A stretch of DNA of 64,000 bases from Escherichia phage EC100: sequence record NC_105587.1; one strand, written 5' to 3'. This document shows, in pieces, positions 43,792 through 54,386 of the stretch. The notes under the pieces are model-generated. The model was not told the origin of the DNA. It worked only from the letters and a program-made list of their open reading frames with translations, and did not search any database. How positions within the stretch are numbered: position 1 is the first letter of the stretch; every line of letters starts with the position of its first letter. The position numbers were made by a program, and so were the translations under genes.

Positions 43792-45610
43792 GACACTAAA
43801 ATTTAGTAACGTTATGTCTTACGGTAAGGACATCGTAATCCATTTCGATAAGAATCCAGTTACTCAACTAATTGGTGGCAATGGGCTAGGGAAATCCACC
43901 ATCGCTACGGTTATCGAGGAATTGTTTTATAACAAGAACTCACGGGGTATTAAGAAGGATGCTCTGTTCTCTTGGTCTTCCCCGAAAAAAGAGTATGATA
44001 TGCACGCTTATTTCTCGAAAGATGAAGATGAGTATGAACTGCATAAAGTAGTTAAGTCAACTGCTAAAGTAACTCTTATTAAGAATGGGGAAGATATTAG
44101 TGGGCACACGGCAACCCAAACATACAAGATGATTGAAGAGATTATGGGTGGTGACTTCCAAACATTCACCAAACTAATTTATCAATCAGTAGGTTCCAAT
44201 CTAGACTTTCTAAAAGCAACAGATGCAACACGTAAGGCTTTTCTTGTTAACTTGTTCAATCAAGAACAGTACAAAGAAATGTCAGAAACTATTAAGGCAG
44301 ACCGTAAAGAAATAGCAAATACCTTAAATAATTTGCAGGGCCAAATGGCTGTAATTACGAAAATCCTTGATGGAAAGAATAATCTAGGAACTTTGCAGGA
44401 ACCTGTAGAAGTACCAGAGTTTGATGAAGAGCCATTAGCACAAGAACTTACTAAATCGAAAATTAAGGCGGCATTAGCCAAGTCTCAAGAGGCTAATATT
44501 ACTAAATTGCGTAATTTGGACAAAGCTGTACAAGTTGCCGAACAATCTTTCGAGCCTTTCAAAAATTTACCCGCGCCCACTGACCAAAATGAAGAGATCT
44601 CGAGTGTTACGCGTGACCTAACGATTGTGACCTCACGTGCGGGCGAAGTTAAGAAACGTTATCAGAAGTTCAAGCAAGAGGCTTCAAATACTGAATGTCC
44701 TACCTGTGGTACTCATCTGGATACAACTGCTGCGCAAAAAGCAATGGATATGGCTAGAACAGAATATGATCCTCTGTTCAAAGAGAAGCAATCTCTTGAA
44801 GCTAAGCTAGAACAGTTGAAGAAAGAACAACTTGAGTACGTTGCATATACTAGAGCAAAAGATGCTTTGGATAAGGCAGTAGCAGCTAGAGACGAATTCA
44901 AGAATTCAATGAGTGATACTTCTTTTGAAGAACTCAATGTGCAAAACCTACAGGTGCAAATCCGACAACTAGAACAGGAAATCGCCGATGGCCGTTCTAA
45001 GGTTGCAATTGCCAAAGAGCATAATGCAAATGTTGAATTAGCCAATGCAAAATATAAAGCGAAACTAGAACAGATTGAGAAAGCTGAGGCAGAAATGTCT
45101 GAGATTACTTCCAAACTGGATGGAGTATCAGAAGCTGTTGCTGATCTCGATATTCTGATCGCCGCATTGAAAAATCTGGTAGGGTATAAACTAGAGCATA
45201 GTGTGAAAGTATTTGAAGAGCTTATCAATAAATATCTTTCTATTATGACTGGCGGTAAATTCGCACTTGGATTTGAACTTGATGAAACAAAATTACAAGT
45301 AGTAATCTTCAATGATGGAAACCGTACTAGTATGGAGAACTGCTCCACTGGTCAGCAAAGTCGAATCAATCTAGCAACCCTGTTAGCTATTCGGATGCTG
45401 TTAACATCTATTAGTAAAGTTAATATTAATCTTCTATTCCTTGATGAAGTAATTAGCTTTATTGATACAAAAGGACTTGATACTCTCGTTGAACTATTAA
45501 ATGAGGAAGAAAGTCTAAATTCTATCATTGTTTCTCATGGGCATACGCATCCATTAGCCCATAAGATTACTGTTAAAAAAGATGCAGAAGGATTTTCCTA
45601 CTTAGAATAA
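43772..45610 (+). CDS. SbcC/Rad50-like ATPase
   Basis: Walker A GGNGLGKST, central coiled coil with CPTCG zinc hook, C-terminal LLFLDEVISFID; start taken at ATG 43772 overlapping the SbcD end. Confidence 0.85.
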   Translation: MSKITIKTLKFSNVMSYGKDIVIHFDKNPVTQLIGGNGLGKSTIATVIEELFYNKNSRGIKKDALFSWSSPKKEYDMHAYFSKDEDEYELHKVVKSTAKVTLIKNGEDISGHTATQTYKMIEEIMGGDFQTFTKLIYQSVGSNLDFLKATDATRKAFLVNLFNQEQYKEMSETIKADRKEIANTLNNLQGQMAVITKILDGKNNLGTLQEPVEVPEFDEEPLAQELTKSKIKAALAKSQEANITKLRNLDKAVQVAEQSFEPFKNLPAPTDQNEEISSVTRDLTIVTSRAGEVKKRYQKFKQEASNTECPTCGTHLDTTAAQKAMDMARTEYDPLFKEKQSLEAKLEQLKKEQLEYVAYTRAKDALDKAVAARDEFKNSMSDTSFEELNVQNLQVQIRQLEQEIADGRSKVAIAKEHNANVELANAKYKAKLEQIEKAEAEMSEITSKLDGVSEAVADLDILIAALKNLVGYKLEHSVKVFEELINKYLSIMTGGKFALGFELDETKLQVVIFNDGNRTSMENCSTGQQSRINLATLLAIRMLLTSISKVNINLLFLDEVISFIDTKGLDTLVELLNEEESLNSIIVSHGHTHPLAHKITVKKDAEGFSYLE

Positions 45611-45613
45611 AAC

Positions 45614-46096
45614 ATGGCCGTAGATAGTAGAGAGAAAGGTAAGCGTGGTGAATATCAGGTAAGAGATATTCTACGTGAGCGTACAGGTCTTGAGTGGGAA
45701 CGTGTTCCTGGCTCTGGTGCTTTTGGCCAGAGCCACGGATTGAAGGGTGACATCTACCTTCCACCACAAAGCGGACACATTAGTAAATACTGCTTCGAAG
45801 TTAAGTGGTATAAAGATGATAATATATCAAGTAATTTATTTAATGTTGGTGAATCCACTCTAGAGAAGTGGTGGCAGCAGTGCTCACGTGAAGGCGAGCA
45901 GATGAACTCCAAACCTGCATTAATATTCAAAAAAGACAGAGGACAGTGGTTAATAGCTTTGGATAGCTCAGACCCGATGGTTGACAACTTAATGAGTCGT
46001 ACCCATATGGTGTTAAATAAGAAAGGCATGGAAATCGTAATCGGTTTATTTGAGCCGTGGCTACATAATGCATCTGTTGAGGACTTAATTAAATAA
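45614..46096 (+). CDS. putative PD-(D/E)xK family nuclease
   Basis: Candidate catalytic D...EVK arrangement (GDIYL...CFEVKW); 160 aa. Confidence 0.45.
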   Translation: MAVDSREKGKRGEYQVRDILRERTGLEWERVPGSGAFGQSHGLKGDIYLPPQSGHISKYCFEVKWYKDDNISSNLFNVGESTLEKWWQQCSREGEQMNSKPALIFKKDRGQWLIALDSSDPMVDNLMSRTHMVLNKKGMEIVIGLFEPWLHNASVEDLIK

Positions 46097-46971
46097 TGAG
46101 CAAATCCTGGGGAAAATTTATTGAAGAAGAGGAAGCTGAAATGGCTTCCCGTCGTAACCTAATGATTGTCGATGGAACTAACTTAGGCTTTCGCTTCAAA
46201 CATAACAACAGTAAAAAACCATTTGCCTCAAGTTATGTTTCAACTATTCAATCTTTAGCAAAATCCTACTCCGCAAGAACTACGATTGTTCTAGGTGATA
46301 AGGGGAAATCTGTATTTCGTCTAGAACATCTACCAGAGTATAAAGGTAATCGTGATGAAAAATACTCACAACGTACAGAGGAAGAGAAAGCACTGGATGA
46401 ACAGTTCTTTGAGTACCTGCGTGATGCTTTCGAGTTGTGTGAAACCACATTCCCAACTTTTACCATTCGTGGTGTAGAAGCTGATGATATGGCAGCTTAT
46501 ATTGTTAAGCTCATCGGGCATCTTTATGATCACGTTTGGTTGATTTCTACCGATGGTGACTGGGATACTTTATTAACGGATAAAGTTTCCCGATTTTCTT
46601 TTACTACACGTCGTGAGTATCATCTTCGTGATATGTATGAACATCATAATGTTGATGATGTTGAGCAGTTTATTTCCCTGAAAGCAATTATGGGAGATCT
46701 AGGGGATAATATCCGTGGTGTTGAAGGTATTGGGGCAAAACGCGGGTATAACATTATTCGTGAATTCGGTAACGTTCTGGATATTATTGATCAGCTTCCA
46801 CTACCCGGAAAACAGAAATATATACAGAATTTAAATGCTTCGGAAGAATTGCTTTACCGAAACCTAATTCTGGTTGATTTACCTACCTACTGTGTGGATG
46901 CTATTGCTGCTGTAGGTCAAGACGTATTAGATAAGTTTACAAAAGATATTTTGGAGATTGCAGAACAATGA
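46096..46971 (+). CDS. D15: flap endonuclease / 5'-3' exonuclease (T5 D15-like)
   Basis: 291 aa; N-terminal LMIVDGTNLGFRF typical of the 5' nuclease family; precedes dut as in T5. Confidence 0.9.
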   Translation: MSKSWGKFIEEEEAEMASRRNLMIVDGTNLGFRFKHNNSKKPFASSYVSTIQSLAKSYSARTTIVLGDKGKSVFRLEHLPEYKGNRDEKYSQRTEEEKALDEQFFEYLRDAFELCETTFPTFTIRGVEADDMAAYIVKLIGHLYDHVWLISTDGDWDTLLTDKVSRFSFTTRREYHLRDMYEHHNVDDVEQFISLKAIMGDLGDNIRGVEGIGAKRGYNIIREFGNVLDIIDQLPLPGKQKYIQNLNASEELLYRNLILVDLPTYCVDAIAAVGQDVLDKFTKDILEIAEQ

Positions 46972-47414
46972 TTAAAATTAAGTTAACTCATCCAGATTGT
47001 ATGCCTAAGATTGGATCTGAAGATGCCGCAGGTATGGATCTGCGAGCATTCTTTGGTACTAACCCTGCAGCGGATTTACGTGCTATTGCACCCGGCAAAT
47101 CCCTGATGATTGACACCGGTGTCGCGGTAGAAATTCCGCGAGGTTGGTTCGGTTTGGTAGTTCCGCGTAGTTCTCTAGGAAAGCGTCATCTGATGATTGC
47201 AAATACCGCGGGGGTGATTGATTCAGACTATCGTGGTACTATTAAGATGAACTTGTTCAATTACGGTTCTGAAATTCAAACTCTGGAGAATTTTGAAAGA
47301 CTTTGTCAGTTAGTGGTACTACCGCATTACTCAACCCATAATTTTAAAATCGTTGACAAACTAGGAGAGACTGATCGTGGTGAAGGTGGGTTTGGAAGTT
47401 CGGGAAGCAAATAA
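46968..47414 (+). CDS. dut: dUTPase
   Basis: dUTPase motifs AAGMDLRA, PRSSLGKRH, GVIDSDYRG, RGEGGFGSSG; 148 aa. Confidence 0.9.
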   Translation: MIKIKLTHPDCMPKIGSEDAAGMDLRAFFGTNPAADLRAIAPGKSLMIDTGVAVEIPRGWFGLVVPRSSLGKRHLMIANTAGVIDSDYRGTIKMNLFNYGSEIQTLENFERLCQLVVLPHYSTHNFKIVDKLGETDRGEGGFGSSGSK

Positions 47415-47440
47415 CCTACATATCAAATAAATAATAAACC

Positions 47441-47483
47441 CCAGAGGATTTTGTCCTCTGGGGTTTTCTTTTACTTAGCTTTC
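47441..47483. terminator. bidirectional terminator between dut (plus) and the tail fibre gene (minus)
   Basis: CCCCAGAGGA-TTTTG-TCCTCTGGGG hairpin flanked by an A-tract upstream and TTTTCTTTT downstream. Confidence 0.75.
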
Positions 47484-49201
47484 AATATATTTATTTCTTC
47501 TTGCAATTCTTCAACTTTATTAATAAGCCACTTAACCGCAGCAACGGAATCAAGCAACATAACATTTTCATCGATGGCTAACGTTTTCTCTCTTCCTGGA
47601 TCTCCGTATTCCCGTACATATTGGGGATCTATTTTCTGTAAATCCTGGGCTATAAAACCGCGCCTCACTTGTTCATTCTCATCATTTTTATAGATGTATG
47701 ATTTATAGGGCATCTGCTTAATATTACTTATTGCAATATTAGTATCGATGGACTGAATATTTTTCTTTAGTCTTTCATCACAAATCGGAGATTTTGAAAA
47801 AATATAATTTAACGAACCATCGTTGTACCCATATTGAATATCAAATGAATTATCAATAAATGTAAACACGGTAATACTCTTGCCATTACCTTGTTCACCA
47901 TCTGGCAGTGCCCAATCCCTTACTTGAGCAATTGCAGCTCTAGGATAACTATTGCTAGAATCAGGATAAGATATTTGTCCAAAACAAGCAAAAGATCTAT
48001 AGTTTTTTAGTGAATTACCGCTACCACCCCCAAGAATTGGAACGAAGGCACTATACGCTGTGTTATTCCACCAGTCTGGCGCGCGATAAGCGCAGTGACT
48101 ATAGGAATTCCCTGTACCGACTCCGGCCGGCCTATGAGATGTTGAAAACTGACCATTACTGTCATACTTAATGCTTACAGGGATTCCTCTATCATCTGAT
48201 ATAGTTAAACTAACACCCCATGCACCATTAACCACTTTACTTGATTTTAGTTCCGCTACTACATTTGCACTGGGTGATTTATACTCAGATTTAACACTAC
48301 CTCCAAAAACGACAACACCTGAATTGGGGGTTGTTTTATCCGCATTAATAACACTCCACGAGGTATTAGCAGCCACGAACCCACCAGAAGCACGGATTAC
48401 CCACACACCGACAAAGTTTCGTGTAAGAATCTCATCTGTTGATGCCCCGTAAATCGGACTTGATATTGAGGCATTGAATTCGCAGGTATTATAACGCCCA
48501 GATAAAGCTGTAGACCCTGGAGCGATTCCGTCACCTCTTCCGTCAGGAAACGCATTATTGTTTGCATTAAAGCAACCACCTGTATGTCCTAATACCTGGG
48601 CATAGGTTTGAGAGGCATATGTGGTGAAAAAACCTGTAATATTAGGCGCAGCGGATTCGAACAGTTGCCCATTTGCACCACTATTCCCACCATCTCCACG
48701 GCCATAAAGAGCACGTATTGATCCCTCCTGCACCCCATTCTTATCTGGAACACGAAAGGTTGTTGTCCCATCCCCAGATGAGTATCTGCCACGCTGAAAT
48801 TTATCTGCTAACCAAACTGAATCATCTATAGCCCCAACCATTTGTGCATACGCCCAAAGTTCAGGCCAGTCAGCCCTATTAAGAAGCTGTCCATCCGAAA
48901 CGACTTCGTATGGTTGAATATACGCACGACTATCTCGGAGGTGAAAATCACCAACACCGTAGTTCATAACACCATTCATAGTGGGTCCAACTGTACCAGT
49001 GTTAATCTTATTCTCTACCCAACGTTTAGTTGCGGCATCATAATCCCCAACAGGATCACCAGCAAGAGGGGTTGAACCAATAGGTCTTACATTTAGCCAC
49101 GCTGCTGCACGGTCTGCTAAGTCACTCAGGTTATTATTTTTATTAAGTGACTCATTTTTAAGTTTTGTAATATCCGTAGGAATTACTGTTTTAGTTACCA
49201 T
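47471..49201 (-). CDS. tail fibre protein with phage tail-collar domain and C-terminal intramolecular chaperone (S74-type) domain
   Basis: Collar-domain block LNRADWPELWAYAQ...GDGTTTFRVPD; C-terminal chaperone block DERLKKNIQSID...YKSYIYKNDE...RRGFIAQDLQ; 576 aa. Confidence 0.8.
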   Translation of the reverse strand: MVTKTVIPTDITKLKNESLNKNNNLSDLADRAAAWLNVRPIGSTPLAGDPVGDYDAATKRWVENKINTGTVGPTMNGVMNYGVGDFHLRDSRAYIQPYEVVSDGQLLNRADWPELWAYAQMVGAIDDSVWLADKFQRGRYSSGDGTTTFRVPDKNGVQEGSIRALYGRGDGGNSGANGQLFESAAPNITGFFTTYASQTYAQVLGHTGGCFNANNNAFPDGRGDGIAPGSTALSGRYNTCEFNASISSPIYGASTDEILTRNFVGVWVIRASGGFVAANTSWSVINADKTTPNSGVVVFGGSVKSEYKSPSANVVAELKSSKVVNGAWGVSLTISDDRGIPVSIKYDSNGQFSTSHRPAGVGTGNSYSHCAYRAPDWWNNTAYSAFVPILGGGSGNSLKNYRSFACFGQISYPDSSNSYPRAAIAQVRDWALPDGEQGNGKSITVFTFIDNSFDIQYGYNDGSLNYIFSKSPICDERLKKNIQSIDTNIAISNIKQMPYKSYIYKNDENEQVRRGFIAQDLQKIDPQYVREYGDPGREKTLAIDENVMLLDSVAAVKWLINKVEELQEEINILKAK

Positions 49202-49210
49202 TATAAAACC

Positions 49211-49489
49211 TTATGCCCATACTCTAAGAGGCTGTTCTAGCTGAACTATAAAAGGCTCGAAGTATTCGTAAGTAAAGGATTCATCAAGAATCCTTACATT
49301 AACATAGTATCCTTCATTACGGACGTACATAGGCTCCTCATCATCTGGCGAGGAGATTTCAGTATAAGTATAGCCAATCTCGTCCAGGAGAAACATATCT
49401 CGTAACTCTTCATTTTCTTGCCAACTTATTCCAACTAAGAAATTTTTATATTCATTCTTGTCTTTAAATTTTAGTGTTATGTCTTTCAT
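49211..49489 (-). CDS. hypothetical small acidic protein between the two fibre genes (92 aa)
   Basis: ATG with GAGGGAG ribosome-binding site; start overlaps the stop of the upstream fibre gene. Confidence 0.45.
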   Translation of the reverse strand: MKDITLKFKDKNEYKNFLVGISWQENEELRDMFLLDEIGYTYTEISSPDDEEPMYVRNEGYYVNVRILDESFTYEYFEPFIVQLEQPLRVWA

Positions 49490-51900
49490 ACAGACTCCCT
49501 CATTTGACGATCTGTTAATTCTTTATGCCAGATTCTAAAGTTTCTGACATGCCCGAAAAGATGTTTCCCACCATCTGCACTAATGCCGCCAATACGAAGA
49601 TTTTTAGATAAACCAGCTTTCCATGTTGTTTTTACAGGCGCACCGAACACAGCGTTTGTTACGCATCTTAATTCTGAGTTTTTGTTACAAACGAAACCTG
49701 TCACCATTTTCCCGCTTGTTTTTGTTGATACTGGCGTATATGACTGACTTACTCCCAACTGAGAATAAGGCAGCGGTTCTACTGTATCACTTGATGGAGC
49801 TCTGAAAGCAACTAATAACTGGTCTTCTGGTAAATTTGCTACATGTACTATCCTTGGGGCTGAGTTTGGAGGTATATCCCAGTTTCTGTTTACCTCAACA
49901 AGTAGACTTAATGGTATAGATGATGGTTGATTGCAATCAGTTGGTATTAAAACCATGTCACTAGCGCGAGTTGCTGGCGCACCTCCTGTGATTATGAATG
50001 AAGAAGCGCACGATCCGGTCTCTACTTGAGGTGTAGCTAAGTTAAGCGATGCACCTGTTTGTATAACACTTTCATTTTCAGGGCATACAATCTCAAAACG
50101 ACAAACAGCAGATAGATCTGTATCAAATCCGAATGTCGTTTCAAAGTACCACCAATCACCATCTTTTACCGATCTTGATGTGTATAAAGGACCAGAAGTT
50201 ACCTTACCAGTATCAAGATCGAGAACTGAATCAGAATGAAAAATTGCTACACCATCAGTTACTTTTGCAAGCCTCATTCGAAGCCTAGAATTAGACCCTG
50301 CTTTAGCACGACATGACACTGTAATATAATCACCCGTTGTTCCGCTAATAGCATTACCTATCACCATGCTCAAAATTTGATAGCCGGCAGCGTTTGGTGC
50401 TTCGTTTGTTACAGTTACACGCCCATAATTGAATCTACCATCGTTTGACTCCTCGATACCTATCGATGCTGTTTTATTCCATAATGCCGGTGAGTTGGAA
50501 TTTAAGAAATAATTAGTTCTTTGCCCTTCAATAAGCAAACCATCTCGTTCAAATCGCGGTTCGTCAACTTCAGCAATGGTCAATATACCGGACTTATTAA
50601 TATATGTCGCAGTTGATGCACGGGTAAAGCTAACAATCTTGTCGCTAGGCAGTGTTATTTCCTCATCACCGACTGTTATTTTTTTATAGCCTGGTGCAAA
50701 GCCGGTGATCATATCTAGAGAATCGTTAAACGGTATCCATACATCTGGAAGAGGTTGAATGTCGGGGGTAGAATTAGCAGCAGCTTCTGATCTATCAGCC
50801 TCAGTTTTTGAACGGTCGGCTTCAGTTTTAGCAGTATTAGCACTATTGGCAGCATTAGTAGCTTGTTTTCCAGCTTCAGTAGCAGAATTTGCAGCATTAG
50901 TTGCAGAAGCAGCAGCTTGGTTTTTTAAAGTTGTTGTCTCAGATACCGCGCTATCCTTAATACCTTGTGTATCTATTTTTAATTGCTCAACATCTGCTTT
51001 TAAAGCTGTTGTCTCTGTTACAGCACTATTTTTAATGGCTTGGGTATCTGTTTTTAATTGCTCAACATCTGCTTTTAAAGCTGTTGTCTCTGTTACAGCA
51101 CTATTTTTAATGGCTTGGGTATCAGATTTTAACTGTTCAACATCTGATTTAAGTCCTTGAATAGTAGTTACAGATTGACTGGCGGAAGTTGCAGATCCTG
51201 CAGCATTAGTTTCACTAGCCTTAGCTTTTGTTTCCGAGGTTTTTGCATTGGTTTCAGAGATTTTTGCCGCAGATGCCGATGCAGCAGCTTGCTCAGAGAA
51301 TATTTCCGCCTCATTCCTAAAACCGTTAGAAGCAGCAGCTGATTGAGCTGCATTAGTCTCACTGATTTTTGCTTTATCTTCACTAATTTTTGCAGCTGCA
51401 GTCGAAGCAGCAGCATTAGTTTCACTAGCCTTAGCATTAGTCTCGGAGGCCTTAGCTTTGGTTTCACTAGACTTTGCATTAGTTTCTGATGTTTTTGCAT
51501 TAGTCTCGGAGGTTTTAGCCTTAGTTTCACTAGCTTTCGCATTAGTCTCGGATACTTTAGCTGCTGCAGCTGATTCTGCAGATTTAGTAGCAGAAGTGGC
51601 AGACTGAGTAGCAGAAGTAGCTGATTGGGTAGCCGATGCTTCAGAAGCTCCAGCGGAAATAGCAGCTTCCTGCTCCGAATTCTTAGCATTAAGTTCTGAG
51701 GTTTTAGCTGCTATTTCAGAATCTTTTGCAGCCGCAGCAGATTTAGCAGCGGCCTCTATAGAGGATACTAACTCATTAGCAGTAATAGAGCTAATAGAAT
51801 TTCCAAGAGTTACTGTGTATCTAGGAAATTTACTAGCAGTAGCTTTAGTATCATCAATATTTAATATTTGTTGTACAATAATCTTAGTAGTTATTGCCAT
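49486..51900 (-). CDS. tail fibre protein with Ala/Ser/Thr-rich repeat shaft and C-terminal LamG-like domain
   Basis: 804 aa; SETNAK-type hexapeptide repeats, two to three 25-aa repeats (TETTALKADVEQLKTDTQAIKNSAV), C-terminus GHVRNFRIWHKELTDRQM resembling LamG jelly-roll ends. Confidence 0.7.
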   Translation of the reverse strand: MAITTKIIVQQILNIDDTKATASKFPRYTVTLGNSISSITANELVSSIEAAAKSAAAAKDSEIAAKTSELNAKNSEQEAAISAGASEASATQSATSATQSATSATKSAESAAAAKVSETNAKASETKAKTSETNAKTSETNAKSSETKAKASETNAKASETNAAASTAAAKISEDKAKISETNAAQSAAASNGFRNEAEIFSEQAAASASAAKISETNAKTSETKAKASETNAAGSATSASQSVTTIQGLKSDVEQLKSDTQAIKNSAVTETTALKADVEQLKTDTQAIKNSAVTETTALKADVEQLKIDTQGIKDSAVSETTTLKNQAAASATNAANSATEAGKQATNAANSANTAKTEADRSKTEADRSEAAANSTPDIQPLPDVWIPFNDSLDMITGFAPGYKKITVGDEEITLPSDKIVSFTRASTATYINKSGILTIAEVDEPRFERDGLLIEGQRTNYFLNSNSPALWNKTASIGIEESNDGRFNYGRVTVTNEAPNAAGYQILSMVIGNAISGTTGDYITVSCRAKAGSNSRLRMRLAKVTDGVAIFHSDSVLDLDTGKVTSGPLYTSRSVKDGDWWYFETTFGFDTDLSAVCRFEIVCPENESVIQTGASLNLATPQVETGSCASSFIITGGAPATRASDMVLIPTDCNQPSSIPLSLLVEVNRNWDIPPNSAPRIVHVANLPEDQLLVAFRAPSSDTVEPLPYSQLGVSQSYTPVSTKTSGKMVTGFVCNKNSELRCVTNAVFGAPVKTTWKAGLSKNLRIGGISADGGKHLFGHVRNFRIWHKELTDRQMRESV
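50910..51140. repeat. tandem repeat of about 75 bp, roughly three copies, inside the 804-aa fibre gene
   Basis: GCTCAACATCTGCTTTTAAAGCTGTTGTCTCTGTTACAGCACTATTTTTAATGGCTTGGGTATC occurs twice nearly identically with a diverged third copy; encodes 25-aa repeats. Confidence 0.7.
51170..51560. repeat. short 18-bp coding repeats (hexapeptide SETNAK-type) in the fibre gene
   Basis: Recurring TTAGCATTAGTCTCGGAGG / TTTGCATTAGTTTCTGATG units on the plus strand. Confidence 0.6.
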
Positions 51901-52322
51901 TATCTAGTTACCCCATCACTGATAAATACTTTACCCTCCATTATACGAAAAGAGCTAATAGCTGATCCTATGACATCTCGTGTCATAATTATATCATAGT
52001 ATCCTGCAAAACGTTGGCGAGGGTTATACTTATCTCTCTCTTTGGTAGCTTTTTCACCAATATTATCTACCGCCTCTACAGGTAAACTTATAGCTATGGC
52101 ACCTTGAGCAGCATCAATAATTTTAGTAGTAAAAGATGCCAAAGTTTCCGCATTCTCATCAAGCCCGGCCTTTATAGTACCCCTTAGAGAATACCCCGTT
52201 AAGTTAACAGGGGTATTTGTAGGTGGATAAGTACTATCATCAACATCTAAGAATTGCATCATTAGACCATAAGGTACTTTCTCATCTATCACTAAGTCTA
52301 TAACTCTATTTTCAGTACTCAT
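51900..52322 (-). CDS. tail collar protein (T5 p132-like)
   Basis: 140 aa; position between pb4-like and fibre genes and size match the T5 tail module; no catalytic motif. Confidence 0.55.
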   Translation of the reverse strand: MSTENRVIDLVIDEKVPYGLMMQFLDVDDSTYPPTNTPVNLTGYSLRGTIKAGLDENAETLASFTTKIIDAAQGAIAISLPVEAVDNIGEKATKERDKYNPRQRFAGYYDIIMTRDVIGSAISSFRIMEGKVFISDGVTR

Positions 52323-52328
52323 TATTTA

Positions 52329-54386
52329 TTACCTTATATGGATATACCCACTATTTAGGTCTATCTTCATCTTGTAGTATGCCTCAGGATTCCCGGATAA
52401 CGCAGCATTTCTATCATAAATGATGTTAACACCGATCTGAGATAAGAAAGCATTTCCTGCTACAATTTTATCTGCCGTCACCGTCCCATTAACAATCATG
52501 TTTCCGTGGAGAACCATTGCAGGGCTAACCCAACCAGACCCATTCCATTGCCTTGTAAATGCTGATTGTGGAGCATTACTATTAAATTCGGTTAATACAT
52601 CATATCTAACAGGAGGACTACCAAAGTTATTCTGGAAGAAGGCATTAGCCTGCCCATCATCCCAGCCCCCAAGACCAGGAATACCTAAGGAGTACATTCC
52701 AGGACCACGTTGTCCATCATGTCCTATAGTACCCTCAGTACCACTCCACTGAACTACATCAGACCAGCTAGTACCTTCAAGAAGTTTGTTAGTAACGGGA
52801 TCAAGCGTACCTGTAGTGGCATAGATATTCTGTGTCATATCTGTACGGTTAGGTGGAGTTTTTGACCAACCAGGAGGCGGATAATCTTGTTCTAGTGGTT
52901 TAGCAGGTAGAGATGTTGCTAACTTATAAACAAATACTGTTTGCTTACCTTGCATACCAGTACCCAGATCTACATCACCATTAGGAGTTCCAATAACTAC
53001 TCCACTAGAAATACGTAGCACATCACCATCATAACGAATCCACTGTGTGGCATTACCAATGTCTAATTTAGCTTTGGCAGAGGTATTATCCATACCCATC
53101 CAAATACCAGAGTTATTATCCCCCCAAGATTTACCTTGAGTGTAAATTGCTGGATTATCCTTACCAGATAAGTTAGTCATGATAAAGTTCGCAGCATTAA
53201 TATCTCTAGTAATTACTTTACCATCAACGTTAACAACACGGTTTATAGGGTCAAAAGAAATAGGTGCTTTTCCTTCTTCATCTAGCAGACCAATGTTAAT
53301 AGCACCAGTAGCTGCGTCGATTAAGAATGTCTGTCTCCAGATTTCTCCATCTTTCATGCTGCCCTTAATAAAGGCATAATTAACATCAATACCCGTCTCA
53401 TTGACAAAGCTGTTGTCTAGAGGAGTATCTTCATTAAGTATAAACGTTACAGGAGCTGATTCTGTTATATCTTGCTTATTTGGTCCCCAGGCAATTGATG
53501 ATACCTTAAAAGTATGCTCAACTTTCCATGGGAATGATATAATCGTTGCAGCTCTAGCAGCCCCAACGTTTATCTTTTGAGCTTTAGCCCAGCCAGTCTT
53601 AGCGTATTCTTCAGAGTTTATATAAGTAACCAGAAATTCACGGACATTAGCACCCGCACCACGTTCCCAGTCCCACTCTATTCTGACATCATATCGTTCC
53701 TTACCATCTGCAATTCGTGCAGCTTTAAAGGCAATGTTAGTAGGTGCAGTAGGTGGTACAAAATTATAAGCTACAGTGAAAACGCTAGGATATTCATAAT
53801 AACCAGATGAGTCAACTGTAACACCATCTGGCATCGTAACTTGACCAGATATTCTGATCTTATAGTCGCCAACAGGAACACCACCAAATTTGATAGTAGG
53901 TCCCAGCGCACCTATATAATACTTAACCCATTCACTATCTTCTGATGCAGTACTTTTTAATTCAATAGTGCAGTAACTAGCTTCACCAGTAGTATCTACA
54001 ACAACTATTGGAGCACCAACACCTACGTCGACGGGTTCTGATTCAGATCTTGCTGCAACAATTATTGGCTTTTCCTTTGTTCTAAAGTTAGTTTCATTAG
54101 AGAGGTTGATACCAATTTTTGCATTTAAAAGCTCTGAGTCAATAATTGAGTCATAGAAAGCCCCCTGAATCTCATAGGAGGTAGAGGGGGTTAGATTATT
54201 AATCATTACGAAGAAAGTATCTATACCGGTGTAATCACGTCTATCTATACTTTCTCCTATTTTTAACCAAAAAGATCTACCAATAACATCATAATCAGTA
54301 TAAATGGAGTGCTGGACATAAGCCAAAGTATATCCAGTCATTATACTATTTAAGACCATTTTGGCTGGTGCATTATTTGAAATCAT
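52329..54386 (-). CDS. tail tip protein (T5 pb4-like)
   Basis: About 685 aa after moving the start to ATG 54386 (TAATG overlap with the pb3-like stop); call rests on size and synteny. Confidence 0.6.
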   Translation of the reverse strand: MISNNAPAKMVLNSIMTGYTLAYVQHSIYTDYDVIGRSFWLKIGESIDRRDYTGIDTFFVMINNLTPSTSYEIQGAFYDSIIDSELLNAKIGINLSNETNFRTKEKPIIVAARSESEPVDVGVGAPIVVVDTTGEASYCTIELKSTASEDSEWVKYYIGALGPTIKFGGVPVGDYKIRISGQVTMPDGVTVDSSGYYEYPSVFTVAYNFVPPTAPTNIAFKAARIADGKERYDVRIEWDWERGAGANVREFLVTYINSEEYAKTGWAKAQKINVGAARAATIISFPWKVEHTFKVSSIAWGPNKQDITESAPVTFILNEDTPLDNSFVNETGIDVNYAFIKGSMKDGEIWRQTFLIDAATGAINIGLLDEEGKAPISFDPINRVVNVDGKVITRDINAANFIMTNLSGKDNPAIYTQGKSWGDNNSGIWMGMDNTSAKAKLDIGNATQWIRYDGDVLRISSGVVIGTPNGDVDLGTGMQGKQTVFVYKLATSLPAKPLEQDYPPPGWSKTPPNRTDMTQNIYATTGTLDPVTNKLLEGTSWSDVVQWSGTEGTIGHDGQRGPGMYSLGIPGLGGWDDGQANAFFQNNFGSPPVRYDVLTEFNSNAPQSAFTRQWNGSGWVSPAMVLHGNMIVNGTVTADKIVAGNAFLSQIGVNIIYDRNAALSGNPEAYYKMKIDLNSGYIHIR

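Noticed and set aside
44713-45348. Minus-strand 211-aa Ser/Cys-rich ORF
   Set aside because: Antisense within the SbcC-like coiled-coil region.
50910-51560. Possible CRISPR array suggested by tandem repeats
   Set aside because: Repeats are contiguous and in-frame within a protein-coding gene, with no spacer architecture and no cas genes.
50759-51689. Alternative-frame ORFs over the fibre repeat region (50759..51160 plus strand; 51168..51689 minus strand)
   Set aside because: Artefacts of the tandem coding repeats; the 804-aa frame is the only one with a proper start and conserved C-terminal domain.
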